A stretch of 64,000 bases of DNA from Reclinomonas americana ATCC 50394 (taxonomy: Eukaryota): contig PS015027.1 of NCBI GenBank assembly GCA_048213135.1, forward strand, positions 43,782 to 107,781, in the 5' to 3' direction. Below the pieces are notes generated by a model that was not told the origin of the DNA, ran no database searches, and saw only the letters and a program-made list of their open reading frames with translations. Position numbers and translations under genes: made by a program. Numbering within the stretch: position 1 is the first letter of the stretch; each line of letters begins with the position of its first letter. Positions 1 to 15,184 of the stretch are shown here, piece after piece.

Positions 1-1702
1 CCCGTGGGCGGTGCGGCAACAGACCCTCGAAAGCGCCGTGTTTCGGCTTCTTGAAGCTCCACAGCATGGCCAGCGCGTCGTCGGCGTCCTCACCGGCCTC
101 GATCTTGTCCATGGGCAGCACTTTCCTCCAGGAGAAAATCTGTATCAAGCGTACACATGACGACGGTGAGACCGGAGGCAAGAGGGGAAAAATGTAGCAC
201 GGCGTACCAACGGGTAGTAAATGTGAGCCATGATTTCGCACAGCTTGCGACCGTCTTCGTCGAGGTACGACTGGAGGAATCGCAAGGTCCTGCTGTTCAG
301 CGAACTGATGACGGCGCTGGTGAACGAGGCGGCGTCCGGTGCTGACAGGTACCGAATGCTGAAATTCCAGCCGTCCTGCAGCAGCTTGCGGTCCAGGGTG
401 CCCTCAAATATGGTGCCGTGGCCGCCCGAAGTGCTCACAGTTAGCACGCTTCCGACCTCGCTGGCGGAGAACTGGGGTGGGCGCGCAGGGAAACGAGAGG
501 TAAGCAACACTTTACGGCAAGCATAAACGCACACGCACGGGCACAAACCTTGGCACCGACACCGTACTTGGAGTACATGTGCGAGATGAACAGAAAGTTC
601 TTGTGGCTGTTGAACACTCCCTGGCGGGCAGTCGACGACGACGAGTAGGCGAGGCGGAAGAACGTCCTCATGCGATTACTGTCCATGCCCACTCCATTGT
701 CGGTGATGCTAATGATGCCTTGCGGCTCGTCCTCCGATTCCTGCGCACCGTGGTGAGTGCAGTAGGTCCCCCCATGTCGCCGAGACTCAGACACACACCT
801 CCGCCTCATCGACCTTCCACAACAGCTCGACCACCGGTTCCCCGGTCTCCGAGTCCCACACCATGTTCTCGCACGAGTTGTCGATGAACTCGCACGAGAC
901 AAGAACGGGATCGTACTGCAGCAGCCCAGAACCTGCAAGAGCCACACGCCATAAGCACGCAACGCACACACACACACATGCACACATGCACACGCACACA
1001 CACACACCCATGATCTTGGTGTCGGGCGGCTCGTAGATTGTGTAGTTGCGTGTCACCGAGGCCAGCGACCATTGCTCTCTCACCTCTGCAGTCGGGGAAA
1101 AGAAAATACCGAGCAATCAGTCGACACGCGCGCGCGCGCAACACACCAGCAAGCAGCACATTTCGGATAACGAACCCTCCGAGACATCGTCCGTAAACTG
1201 CACACAGCAATCCAGTCGCGTGATACGCTCATCGCTGCTGAGCATCTCGTGCGCTTTCTCCTCTGTCAGTGGCGTCTTCAAGTCGTCGACCAGCTGAGGA
1301 CGCGCGCGCGCACACACGCACAAAATCAATCGCAAGTTGTCAATGTGCGAGAGAGTGAGAGAGAGACACACACACGAAACATGCACAGCCATGTCAGAGG
1401 TAGAAATGTGGGCGAGTTCATCCTGGAAAGCATCGTGAACGAGTTGCACGAGTTCCTCTTGCGGTGCAATGGGCAAGTCCAAGTGCTTTCCATCCTGCAA
1501 TCACACACGCACACGAATGCACACACAAACACACACACGCAGAGAGAGAGAGAGAGAGACGCAAAAGCAGCGTGAGTGCACATGCATTCACGCACACACA
1601 CACACACAGAGAGACAAACACTTGCACACAATGCATGCACGCAACTGGACAGAGCACGTGGACTGGCGCCTTGGTGCGTGCAGGGGGTGCAGCTGCGGCC
1701 AT
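1..1702 (-). CDS. GHKL (HATPase_c-type) ATPase, SMCHD1/MORC-like; multi-exon, 3' part runs off the window
   Basis: Spliced exons give the Bergerat motifs EFIDNS, ITDNGVGM and SKYGVGAK, then FTSAVI and LCEIMAHIYYP (resembles the SMCHD1 LAHIYHY segment). Probable start MAAAAPPARTK at 1702. GT-AG introns at about 140-207, 472-548 and 1495-1645. Confidence 0.7.
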
Positions 1703-1877
1703 CCAAGCACCTCTCTCACACACACACGCACACACACACACTTTCTCGCACGTGGAGAACTCTTCAACGCACAATTGCCGGAAGTCCCGCACGACAAACA
1801 ACGTCGATTGCCTCGTAACAAACAGTTTTCTCTTTAGTTTTACTATGATGATTAGGGGAGGTGGTTCCTGGCGTTGC

Positions 1878-4800
1878 TTAGCCGTGGAGGCGAAGGGTTC
1901 CGGAATGATGCGACTGGCCGGCAGTCGTCGGATACGTCGGCTGCAGGAGGAATTCGACGCCATCTCGCTTGGCCAGCTCGCGCCACTTGCGTCGAGTGCG
2001 TGTCCGTCGTGAACAGCCGCACACGTCGGTGACGCGCTGGATGTAGCGCCATATGAGAGGGAGGCCGACAGTGCACACGCCGATAATGTACAGGACCAGG
2101 CCGGCCACGTCGCGGAAATGACCGCTGACTGCGGCGTCCGAGGTCTCCGACAGCGGGCCGGCGAGGAAGACTGCCGCCTATGTCGACCATAGCATGAGAG
2201 ACGTGTGGGGAGGCAACGAAAAAAATGCATGCAAACCATCAGTACGAGGATAACGAGCGTCAGGGCCTCGATGATCTGTCGTACGCGCACACACACACGT
2301 GAGCGTAATGATGAGCTGTGAAGCACAGGACTGTGACCGCACGCACATTGTCAATGGGCCGTCGGTAGGGCCGGACAAAAACGTGCAGTGCCAGGAACGC
2401 CATCTGTGCGCGCACACCAATGAGCAACAAATAAATAGCACAAGGAAGCAAAGTACATCCTGCGACGAACCGACATGATGAGCAGAGCAAAGTGCAATGT
2501 GCCGAGGTTGCCATTGTGCGACAGGATCAAGAAAGCGGCCACGTACAGCACTGCACACAACGGATGGTGAGCAGCGGCGGAGATCGCGAAGAAAAAATAA
2601 CACACACAGAAGCGCTCACCAGGTCGCGCCAACTGCACCGCCTGCCAGTAGTACATGCGGCTCTTGTAGCGATTGGACAAGCCGGAGAACAAGTGCCGCG
2701 CCTGCCCAATGTCCTTCCCATTGTCCGAGTCACCGTCGCCGTCGCCGAATGTCGTATCTGCGACGCTCGACAACTGTGGGTGGCCCCCGCGGACACTGCG
2801 AGACGACGACAGTCACACGTCAATAGATCGCAGAACAACACCAGCAAAAAAAAAAAAAAACAATGCGAAAAACATGCGAAACCTCTGCAGCGTGTGAGAG
2901 CTGGAGCCGGCGTGCGACGCAGAGAGCGACGCGTGCGACTGGTCCTCGTCGTTTGCCGCCGCACTTGCCTGCACATAATTCGCCGTGAGAGACAACATAC
3001 AAGGCACAAACACACACAGATAATCACAGCGCGCCGCACCGATAATCGATGCTCGTTGTTCGACGCCGGCGGCGACGCGGTCGTCTGCATCGGTTGCAAG
3101 GCAATCATACTGGCGTGAGCGCTCTTGGCAGTGCGCTGACGAGCCAGTCGTCGCCGATGCCACCACATGGCGATTCCGAGTGCTGGCGGCGTCAAGCACA
3201 ACACCGCAGACAAGAGGCCAATCAGAGGCTCGAGAGCCGCGTGCAAGCGACAAGTATCGGTGGCCGATCCCTGCAGTTAATTTCCGTCAGACCAAGTGCA
3301 CACGACCATCATGCGCTGCAGCACGTACCTCGATACAGCCAGTGCACTGCATGGACGGAATCAGAATGTTGAACGTGCCGAGATCGCCGACTTTGACGCA
3401 GTTCCAGAAGGAAAACGACTCGAACAGCAAGCTGCGTACATGTAAACAGGCGAGAATATGCGTGCTAAGACTTGTGTGCGAAAAAGACTCACCTCCAGAA
3501 CACGCCAGTCGCCAGCATGACTCTGCACACGATGCAATCGGAGTCAGAACGACATGGTGATAAATTTGACTGAACACGGCAGGAATGAACGCACGAGGAT
3601 CGAGCATAGCGCGACACGTTGGAGGTTTGCACAAACTTGCGTACGACCAACCACACACGAGCCTTCCAGATATTGGTGCGCTCGATTCGCATCCGCGCAC
3701 GGTTGTCGGGATGCATGTGGTTGCCTGTGCGGAGGGCGAGTAAGCAGCGGGACAGCGAGGACAACATCAGCAAGGCAAGCAGTGCGCAACTGTGTAGCGA
3801 CGGCGGACCAGAACCCGGATCCATACCAGACATCGGCAGCAGTGCCTCGCTCAGTGCTCCGGAATCCAGCGACTTGGAATGATGCGCTGCAGACAGGCGA
3901 TTCCGCTCCAGGCCACCAAACAATGACAATGGCCCGTGATGCAACGGCCCGCCAGGCAAGTAGTCACAAAGCTCCGGCCAGATGCAGGCCAGCAGCATCG
4001 AGATGGAGCGTTGCAGTGCAAAGAGAATCCACGTGCAGGCAAAGTAGAGCTGGCCACACCAACGAAACACAATCAGATGAGGTGGCGAGGATGCACTTAT
4101 TTCGCCACGTGATGCTCACCAGCGGATGCACAATCAGTGACATCATTTCGCCAAAGCCACTGGTCGGGAACGGACATTTTCCTATGTTTATCATGATGAG
4201 GTACTAAGACGCAGCTAGGTGGATTGTGCTCGTTCGTGCAAACCTTGAACCAGTTGGGTGATGGGTGCAAAGTCGAAAAACACCTGCAACAGGAACAGGA
4301 CAACGTGAGAAGAGGAGATCGAGGAATGGGAGACGCATGGAGAGTTGTCGTGAGCGTACCGTCGCCGCCTGAATCGTCGACTGCGGATAGAAGAGAAGCT
4401 GCAGTCCAAAGAGGAGCATTAGCAACCACAGAGACACACAATGAGAGCAGCGAATCGCCACGCAACTCCACTGGTCTGCGTGAAGAAGAAGAGCTGTGCG
4501 ACAAGTAAACAGAGTTGCGTGAGAACGCCAGCCGGTCTTACTGACATTGACACGGTATTGCTCTGCTTACCATGTAGACCTCGCTGCGGCCGCGTCCCTG
4601 TGACACCACGTGCAAGAAGCCGGCCAACATAAACAGCTCCAGAATCATCATGCCTGCGAGTGCCAACGATTAAGGCCAGCGAGCACAGAGAAGGAAGCAG
4701 AAGACAAACAAATGTCACAAACCAATGACTGACGTGTTGACACCCGGACATTCGAGGCAGACGTGTTGCCACTCGTGGTAGCCAGCTGCAAGCGTCATAT

Positions 4801-7800
4801 TCAGTTAGTAAACTCCTTCATATACAGTGAAGGTATCGCAATCAGCCGCCGCACCGGTGCAGAGACCACAGAGTGGTGACTGTGGGTCGCGATGCAGCTG
4901 AGAGCCACAGAATTGGCCCTGCGCATCAACAGAGACCGGTAGCACAACGTGAGCTCAACTGCCACGCACTGTGAGGGACGTCACATATTCTCACCTGCGC
5001 CACAGTGGATCCCGATGACAACGTCTGCGTGCCGACAATCAAACGGAGAGTCGAAACGTCGCTGAACGTGGTATCCGAGAAGCAGAAATTGTACGGGCAT
5101 CGAACGGTGGACACCACATTGTCGACAACGACAGGCCAATAGTCGTTGTTCACCTGTTGAAAAGAAGTGTATGTGAGTGAGGAGCGAGTGGGAGGAGCAC
5201 AATCACCGCACGCTGTCGCAACTGTGACGGCGCCATTGCCCGGGCAATCGAGATTGTCGTTTCGTGCGCATTGTTGGCAGGGATGGCCCGGAATCAAACC
5301 AAAAGTGCCAAGCGGGCACGACAGACATTGCTCGCCGTAATAGCCGAAACCAATCTGCACGAGCGATGAAGCAGGGAGGAGGTGAGAGTGCGCAGCAACA
5401 GCTTTTGCGCACACGCAGAGGCAACAAACCGGACAAGACTGCAGCATCACTGTCTGCGTCGTTGGCGATGACGTGAACTGTGTGGACGACGAACCCACTT
5501 GTACAACAACCGACTGTCCGAAACCACCCACTGGGACCACCGTGGCATTCACCACGCCATTCTGCATAGCCGATTAGCGAAAGGGGCGGAACTCTTCTCC
5601 TCTTCCCCGTGCCACTCACCTCCGTCGCGTAAAGTGTCGTGTTTGTGATGCAGCCGGAACCCGTACAGGTGACGATGACCGGGAATTGACCCAACGACGT
5701 GATGAGGTTACCGAACACGTCGCGAACACCAATGTCAAGCTGCACGCCAATGCCTGGTGGCGACGACGGTGCGGCGCGCGGTTCACCGGGATCAGAGCGC
5801 GCCGACAGACCGCCTGCAACATGCGCAGTGAGATGCCGGACAATCATCGCCACGAGTCATTTTTTCTTGCACAAAAACATTCACGCACCACCGAGCACTG
5901 AAGTCGACAAGACGTCTACCGCGTAGGGCGAGGAGGCAAAGTTGTCGCCGTACGAGTATGCAACGTTGTTGGACCACAACAAGCAAGACTCCCACGACAA
6001 TGCCGAGCGATTGACTCCCGGGGCTAAGCGCATAACAAGCATGTTAGTGCCCACGCGAGTGCGCGCAAGGAACGTGCTCCAACTTACAGACCGTAAATCT
6101 GGTTGTTGCAGAGCAAGTGGATACCAGGCTGATCGACCTCTACCGGCGACGGGATGGTGTACTCGCGACAAGATGACGCAACCAGAGCGGCGTCCGTGAG
6201 TGACGACGGACGAGACGCGCAAATCCACGCCGACATGGTGCTCCAACAACTTCCGAGCGACTGACCAATGTCGGTCGACGAGCCTACGCAGAGAAAGACG
6301 CACAAGAATAAGTCAAGTACGATGCTTCGCTCCCCAAGAGTCGCAGCCAGCTGCGTGCATACCACTGATGAACATTCCGCCGCCACCTATCGCAGCAAGG
6401 ATGAGTGCACGAGTAAGTGAGCGGGCAGCTGGAAGATCAATACACGCACCTTGCATGGCCGCTGCATTGCCACCCAGTGGCATTGTCTGGTTGGTGTACG
6501 CAATGTTGCCGATGACTTGCACGCCGTCGCCGAATCGAAGAGGATTGCAGTACACGGGAGGAATGTCGGCGGCACGTGGATGCGCATGTAGTGGCGGTGC
6601 TGAATCGCGACGTCGGACTGAACGAAGCGGATTCTGATTGCTGGCCAACGCCAGACTGTCCACGTACAAGCCTGGTGCACAAAAGAGAGAACGATATGAG
6701 CCGACAAAAATAATGCAGAAGTCATCATCGCGTGCACTAGGGTACAGACCGCCACCCAATGTGGCCACATTCTGCTGCAATGTGGTGCTACTCAAATCCA
6801 GTACGCCGTTTTCGATACCGAGGAAGATTGCTCCACCTGCCGAAGAGTGTGAGTGAGTCGCGATAGCATTAGCGTCCGTGAAGAACCACGCACCGCGCGC
6901 AATAGCAGTGTTGTTGGCGATCTGTTGTTCTCCACAGGTGAGCACAATGACTACAGTTGAAAATGAAAAGCGACAACACTGCATCGCCGACAAACCAGCG
7001 TGTTGTCAATGAAGAGCGACGACTCGGCGGCCACGTAGATTGCTCCTGCGCCAAGCAAAGTGGGTGAGAAATATAGCCTCAACAATCCATGAGGTAACGA
7101 CGACAAGACCTGCGTCTGCAGACGCTACGCTGTACATGATGGAAGAGTACGACACGTACACGTTGAGGCCGAAGAGACCGCTCATGTACACTGCGAGTGC
7201 GTGTGAGGAAAATGAACACAGCTACAAATCCTGCAATAGTACGCACAAGCGCCTCCCTGTGACATGCCACCACAGAGTAAGCACACTATCACATAATCTA
7301 TCCCAACAATAGCAACAGATTCTTTTCGCAACTGTCACTGCTTGACCACCAGCGAGATACGACTCGACAATGTGCAGTTGTCCCGTGTCAGTCACGTACA
7401 CCAAGCCACCTGCAACGTGCAGCACACAGACACAAAAATATCAGCAGGCTAGCACATCAAATACGCGAGAAGAAGGGAAGAAAAGCAACCATTGGCTGCG
7501 CTGGAGCTGTACAAGTCGCACTGCTCAATGGTCACGGTGGCAGACTCGGCACAGCGTACAGAGCCACCATCCTGGGTGGCAACGTTGTTGTAGAGGCGCG
7601 TGCTGATGATGGCCACCTTGGCGTAGTCGCCAATAACCACACCGCCACCATGCGTCGCTGCGAGACATAGGTGGTGCGTGCCGTCAGTCGCAAATCACAA
7701 CAAACTAACATAGTGCGTCCATCACGCACCATTGTTGGCGGTGATCACCGAGTTGCTGAGGATGCTGATCGTGGCACCCTGCAGAGCACACACGGCTCCA

Positions 7801-10800
7801 CCGTACCACCTGGCATAGTTGGACACCAACTGGACGCCTGATAGGGTCACTGTGCACTGCCCCGATGCGTATAGCGCTGTGTGAAGGCTCAGAGTGAGCG
7901 ATCGACAGGGGTCAATACGAGCAAAGCAATAAGAGGAGGCAACCTCCGCCATCAGCAAGTACTGCAGCGTTCATCTGCAACAAACTATCTGCGACACCGA
8001 CGGCCACCGCAGCACTCTGCACCCAGAAACAGTGTCAACAATTACCATTACCATCGAGCACAAGATCGTGGAGTAAACCGAATAGGAATGCTCACCACGT
8101 AGAGACCACCGCCGATCGCAGCTTGATTCCTCGTAAATACCGACGACTGGATCCCCATACTTATTCCGGTGCAATACACGCCTCCACCACCAGCGGCTGC
8201 CAAGTTGCCCACCATTTCACAGTTTGAAATGGACGTCGAGCCTTCATCAATAAACACGCCACCACCCTGTGACAGCCGACGAGTGTGAGGGTGTGTCGCT
8301 GCATAAAGGCAGTGCGAGAGAGTCAGTGCACCTGAATGGCCGAATTTCCACTCAATAAACTGCTCGCGACAGTCGTCAAGTCACCGGTGGACGACAGACA
8401 ACCACCGAAAAGAATGCCAGTGTTGTTGGAACACTGCGAGTACGTGAATGTCACAGCACCATCGACATGCACTGCGCCACCTTGTTCGGCAGTGTTGTTG
8501 GCAAAGAATCCGCTATTGACCTGCATTTTTCGGGAAGTGGACACGCAAGAGCACATCAGCCATGCCGCTACTCATAGGAATGTTGACGGACAAACAGGAG
8601 CCGACAACACAAACCAGCAGCTGAGCGTTGTCTGACGCAAAGAAGACACCTCCCTGGTAGTCCGCACGGTTGCCTAAGGCCACTGAAAACGAATCGCTGG
8701 CCGACAGTACATCAATGAGAGCGCCGCCTGCAGAAACAAGGCAACGGTAAGCACAGACGCGTGAGAGCAGACACTGGTAGTGCGACGGAAATTCTCGCCT
8801 CCTTGGCCCACGTGAATAATGTTTGCCGTATTGGTGACCAACGACGCCGTCACTGTGTTTTGTAACCTGCAAGCAGCCAAGCGGGCAAATATCATGTTAA
8901 TGAGAGGGGCACGGGCGCAGACAATGTCGGCCGTCAGCCGCAAACGTACCACTGGTTACCCGACATAAACAAAGAGGCCGAATTCAGCGAGGAAAACGTG
9001 CTGTGTCCCATGGTGAGGAACACGCCACCGCCGCCGACTCTCGTGAAAGGTGGGGTGAGGTACACCGAAATCACTTCCGTCTAGCGAAGCACCGACAGAA
9101 AAAAGAGTAAGTGAAAGAGAAACCAATGGCGCCAGACACACAAACACGCAGACACGCGCTGACAGACCCTGACAAAGTTGCCGGAAAAAACATTATTCCA
9201 AAAAGATGTCGTGACAACCGGCGCAGCCGTCGTGGGAATGACCACATATGCACCTGCGCCAGTGTGAGTGGAGAAACGCAAGACGAGTAGCAGTGAGCAC
9301 ATGTTCTCCAGCGAACCAGCACCACCGCTATGCAGCAGCGCGAGAGCACAGTTGGGCACGGACGAAAGGATCAGCGAGTTCCCCGTGAACACATTGTTCA
9401 CGGCGTCGAAGACCACAGTTGTTGCCGAGTCGGACACACCAACCTATGCGGTGGTCAGAGTGAGCGTCGCACTAACACATCGTGCGTGCAGCGCACGAAC
9501 CAAGTAAAACGATCCGCCAGCATACAGCTGCGTGACTGTGGCCCCGGGGTAACCGGACACAGTCTGCACATACTTGTGTCAGCAGCACTGCGCACACAAG
9601 AAAAGTAACAGAAAATCAGAGTGATACAGAACATTGTTGGTAAAGTGCGAGTTCCAAAGCGTGAATTTCGAGTTTGTCACTGCCGATTGTGCCTGCAGTC
9701 GCAAAGCGAGTGAGAACTGCGGCGGATGCACACACGAAGCCTTGCGCACCAGTCACTCACCTTATTCAGGATGTAGATGGCACTACCGCCAAAGAAGCTC
9801 GAGACACTTGGATTCGTGTCGCCTGCCAGCACTCGGTTGTTGGAAAATACACTGCGACCACAGAATGAATTTTGGTGTGCGAGACATGGTGCTGACTTTG
9901 CACAGTGCACCACCACACACCAATTGGTGACGTTGCCGATGAGACCGCCCAGTTGAACCGAGCTGGCGTGAATGTAGATGACTCCGCCACCGGCGTAGTC
10001 AGCGGGTCCAGCACTGATGGAGAGTCAGTCTGAGTATACACACCACATGCACCACATACATCCGACAAACCCAATAGACTTGGACACGTCGGCCTGGTTG
10101 CCCGTGAAAGTTGAGTCGACAAAGGTGACATTGAAGCTGACAGTGGTGCCGTAGATGTTGGTCAACAGAAAACCACCACCATTGCGATTCGACGCCGCTT
10201 GTCCACTGGCCACTTGTGTCGGCACCGTCGCTGCGCAGTTATTCGTGGTAACATTCTGCACCACTAGCTGCGCATTCGTCGTGTACCTGGAGAATCAACG
10301 AACACTGTCATCAGCGTGCTTGTTGCACAACGCAGATGAGGGACTGCGCGTACCCATTGAGGTTGTAGTAGACACTACCGCCGCCGACAATGTTGTCGCC
10401 GTAGAACGAACTCGAAAACGTGGAGCCGACAGTGTCCGTGGTGAACGTCGTGTTTTTCAGCGAGATGAGAGAACTGATGGTGGCCAGTTGGTTATTCGCC
10501 GAATTCGCGTAGAGATAGAGACTGCCGCCGCCACTCATTCGCCACGGGCTGCACAGGGGAACTCGTGAGCGATGCGGTCGCGACACAGCCCTCAGCACGA
10601 AAGGCACTCATGATGAACCTGTAGTTTCCGTTGAGCATGACCAAGTTGGTGTCGAATGCACTGTTGACCACATTGATCGAGATGGTGTGCGTCGCGTCTG
10701 GATACATCGATGTAAACGTGTACACGAAACTGCGTGAGATCAAATAATGTGAGTGCGCAAGACCCTGGCATGAAGCACATCGACAATGCAAAGCACGAAA

Positions 10801-13800
10801 CATTGTACCGCCCTCGCAATTGGAAACACTGGGCGTGAAACCATCACCAGGCACTGTGGTCGAGTTGGCCACGGTGCCGGATGCGTTCACGATGTTGTTC
10901 GAAAATGTACAGTTGGTGATGCTGACGGGAGCGGAAACAGATTGCGAGGTGGATGTGAACAGGTACAAGCCAGAGCCACCATTGAAGTTGCCGTTGTTGT
11001 TGCCATACTGTGTGTGCATCATGCAGCGCCGTGTGAGAGCAAGCGAGACATGTGATAGAGTCCGGAGCACAATACCAACCGTGGACGTCATGGTGTTGTT
11101 GGTGACGATCGCAGCATTCAGAATAAACGTGCATCCGCTGACTTGCACCGGCATAGATACTGTGCCTTCGCCGTACTGCAATGACAACACCAAATAGTAA
11201 GGCATCTGGTTGGAGACAAGTGCATACAACAACGTCACCAGAGCGAGGAAAATCACGGTGCCACCTGCGCGGTTACTTAGGTGAGCAAGTGCGACACTGA
11301 AACACAACAAAATCAAGTCCACACCGTTGTTGTTCGACGGATAATTCGTTGTCAGAGACTGAATGGCCGTATTGTTTTGCTGCACGAACACACAACCACA
11401 TCATCAGCACGGAACACACGCGAACGCGCGCTCGGGCGAGTCACAAGACGCACCACAAGCACGACGTTTCCGGCAAAGTATCCATCCGTGACATTGAGAC
11501 CCATGTTGGTGACTCCTTGGCCTGCACGTCAAAAGAGAGACAGCGTCACCAACCAACTGCGACACTTTTCATAACGTCAATCAGCACGTACCAATCGTGT
11601 AGAACATGAAACCGCCACCTACATCACACAGCACTAGTTGTGAGGGCCACAATAACATGAATGAAGCATGCAGCAAGCATCTTCGTCTCACCGTTTGCGT
11701 TGTTGTTGCCAGCTGCAACATCGAATCAGCAGTCAGTCAGGGCACACATTGGCAACACGGAAAGAAGTGAACTTCATACGCAGCCGGTGTACACATTGTT
11801 GGCGACCACAACAGAGTCGACAAGCTGCACCGATGACAAGGTAATCTGGCCTTGCGAGTTGCCATTCTGCGCGATATTGCCTGCACAGATTCCCAGTGGT
11901 GAACAAGTGGACATCGAACCGTATCGAACTGTCAAGATCAAGCAACATACCGAAGAAAACACCGGAGCCGCCAATCGTGTTCAACCCAGCGGGAATTCCA
12001 CCGCTGCCCTGGACGTAACCGTTCGAGACCACGTTCGTAGCCTGCACTTGACACTTGAAGAAAACGGAGTTGGAGATGGTCACTGAGCTTTGCGTGTTGC
12101 CGATGAACTGCGACGATACGCGAGCGTAGAGGAAGCCACCACCAGCCAGATTGGCGGCTTGCGACGTCAGGTACTCGGCAGTCATCAGAAGGTAATTGGC
12201 CTGCACATTGTCCAGTGCGATCGTGGTCTGTGCACTGCCGCCCGATGCCAGGGTGTAGGTGCAGATGGAGCCGCCACCTAATTGCGCCATAGAATATATG
12301 AGGCAAGATTCTTTCTCCAAGCGCAGCAGCGGCAGCGGATAACAGCGCACGTACCAACAAAATTGCCGCCCGGGTTGGTCTGATACTGGGGCGCCGACGA
12401 GTAGCTAGCGGTAACCGAGTCGCCCGAGAACGAAGTGTTGGTGATCACAAGGCTCGAGCCAGCAGTGCCGAAGCTCGCCTGTTGCGCAAAGACCAGAATC
12501 GAACCGCCGCCAGAGTTGTTGCCAAAGTCCTGCGCAACACCGTAACTCGCGTCGACAGAGTTCTGCAGGAACTGCGAACTCGCGATACTGCGAACCACCA
12601 CCACTTAATCAGCACTGGCCACCAACACACGCATGTGAATGCAAACAAATGAACCGCAGTTGTGTCCACGTGCTCCCGTTGGAGGCCGAAATCATCGCCA
12701 GTGCGCCGCCTCCGTTCTGAGCATCCATAAAAAGCAAAGTGATGAGAGATTGCACATCCACATACACACACATGCACAAAGTGCACGCAACAATGTTGCC
12801 ACTCGTTTGCGTCGCCGTGTTGTATCTCGCCTGCACCGAATTGGAGGAAAATACACAGTTTGTGACCACGGCCGTGGTGTTGATGCTTTGGCTAATGGCA
12901 TTGGCCTGCAGGTTGAAGAGCTGCGCGAACAAGTACACGGCTGCGATCCGGGTACACAATCAGAACCGCCGACCAATAACAACAACAGTGAGCTGGCGTG
13001 CGTGAGAGACGCACCTGCACCGCCATTGTCGTTCGCACTTGCATTCACAGTGGCCTCGTTATTATTGGCAGTGACCTGCACAAGACGTGTCAGTCGAGGG
13101 TAGGCAATGCAGGAGCCGCACGTGCAGCGCACCGAGTTGCTCACGAAGTTGGATTGAGCAAAGTTGGCCACCAGTTTGTTCCCGTTGAGAATGCCGTCAT
13201 TCAACACAAAGAGTCCTGCGGCCCGCACGTGAGAGGAAAAAGACGGTGTGTCACTCGGGTTCAGCAACCGCTGCTGCACTCACCAGCACCACCATTGTTG
13301 TTGCTCAGATTGGGAGAGTCGGCCTGGCCCGCAATCACCGTATTATTGCTCGTGAATGTGTTGTTACTGTGCACGGTACGCAATATGTGTCAACAATTGC
13401 TGGCTCGCAGCTACATAAAGGGAGACAACGTACTAGAATTGGCTGTTCAACACATCGAGATTGATGGTCGACGACTGGCCGCGAGAGAACACGTAACACG
13501 CGCCACCTGCCACCACACAATGCGCACGCAGTCAGCGGTCGGTTGCACGGTGCTAGGCACAGAGTGGAAGACGGCAAACCATTGGCGTTGAGAGCATTGT
13601 TTGCCAAGGCGTTGTCGGTGTGTGCCACGTTGTTGGAGAAGGTGCAGTTGGACACGAGCACATTCAGCTCACTGGTGCCGTTGAGAGCCAGCGACACAAC
13701 GTACACTCCACCTGCGAATCGATTCAGTGATCCACCTCCTTCCACGCCCCACCTCGCCTCGCCACAACGCAACTACCGCCATTCATGTTTCCACCGGCGT

Positions 13801-14859
13801 TGTTGTTCCGGCCGGGTGCGTTGCCGACAGTCGAGTTGTTGACAATTAGCATGTTGTTGTCGAATACGCAGTTCAAGAACGTGACATTCAGCTGCGACGA
13901 CACGAGGCCGTTCATCTGAGAGAGCGCGATGTGTTGGTCAAACTGCGCACGGAGAGAGAGAGTGCACACACCACGCAACATTGATCATGACACCGGTGCC
14001 ACCCTGTGCGACGACACATCTGTCAGGCACAAGATAACGCGAGGCTCGCTCTCTCTACACGCAACGTTCTGATTCCACTGATATGTCAGAGTCTGGCTCG
14101 CATTCACGACCGAGTTGCGAAATGACGAATTTTTGAACATGCCACTGACTGCAGTTGTGTAGCCGTAGGCATTGCCGTACAGGCCACCGCCTGCCAACAC
14201 CACACAGATGAGAATCAATTGCTCGGATACGTCAACAGAGTCTTCCGCAAGTGCTACACACCGCCATCAAGATTGCCTGCGAGCAAAAGAGAGTGTGAGC
14301 GTCGAACACGAGCGAGAAGGGAGGGAGCGCAGCGCAGAGGTCGACTCACCGCCGATATTCGTGGAGCCAGGGGTGGTGCCTGGAACGTACACCAAATCAC
14401 TGTCGAACGACGAGTTGGTGACGTTGATTGAGAGCAGTGCGGGCGTCAGGATGTTGCTGCTTTGAGACACCATGTACACGGAGGCGCCGCCGTCGAGATT
14501 TACGCGCGCTACTGCGTTGGCCAAGTGAACCGAGTTGCCGGCGAATTCACATGCGTCAATGCTGACAGTCACGGCAGCCGGATCAGAGGTGCTCGCCACA
14601 ACCGCCGTCGAATTCACTGCGCTTTGAGTGAGCACCAGCAGCATGATGACAACGCAACGACTACTAGGCGACCCAAACCGTTGTTGGCCACCAGGTAAAT
14701 CGCACCGCCAACAGCGGTCATACCAAAGTCGCTGGAGACCCAGCTGCCGGTGGCGTCTACCATACTGTTGGTGACCGAGGTGTTGACGGCTGTGAACGAC
14801 ACTGAGGTGATGGCTGTCGGCAATGGCGAAGCCTGCCAATCAAAATCGCTGTCAGTAAG

Positions 14860-14947
<88 letters not shown>

Positions 14948-15140
14948 GACGCGTACGACGACGACGACGACACGTACCGTCCGACCGACGACCGACGACG
15001 ACGACGACGACGACCGACCGACCGACGAACGAACGAACCGACCGTACCGACCCGAACCGAACGAACGACGGACGGNNNNNNNNNNNNNNNNNNNNCTCCT
15101 ACTCCCGTCGTGGTCGGCCGTTCGGACGAGTACGTACAGA

Positions 15141-15184
<44 letters not shown>

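Noticed and set aside
13768-14658. Further GTTGCG hexamers at 13768-13773 and 14653-14658 as donors
   Set aside because: An alternative upstream G|GT donor fits the frame equally well or better, so they were left out of the count.
14946-15140. Microsatellite morphing through ACG/GACC/GAAC units (similar at 36830-36990 and 44640-44740)
   Set aside because: Always adjacent to N gaps after long simple repeats. This resembles read-end degradation such as pyrosequencing flow noise, not biology.
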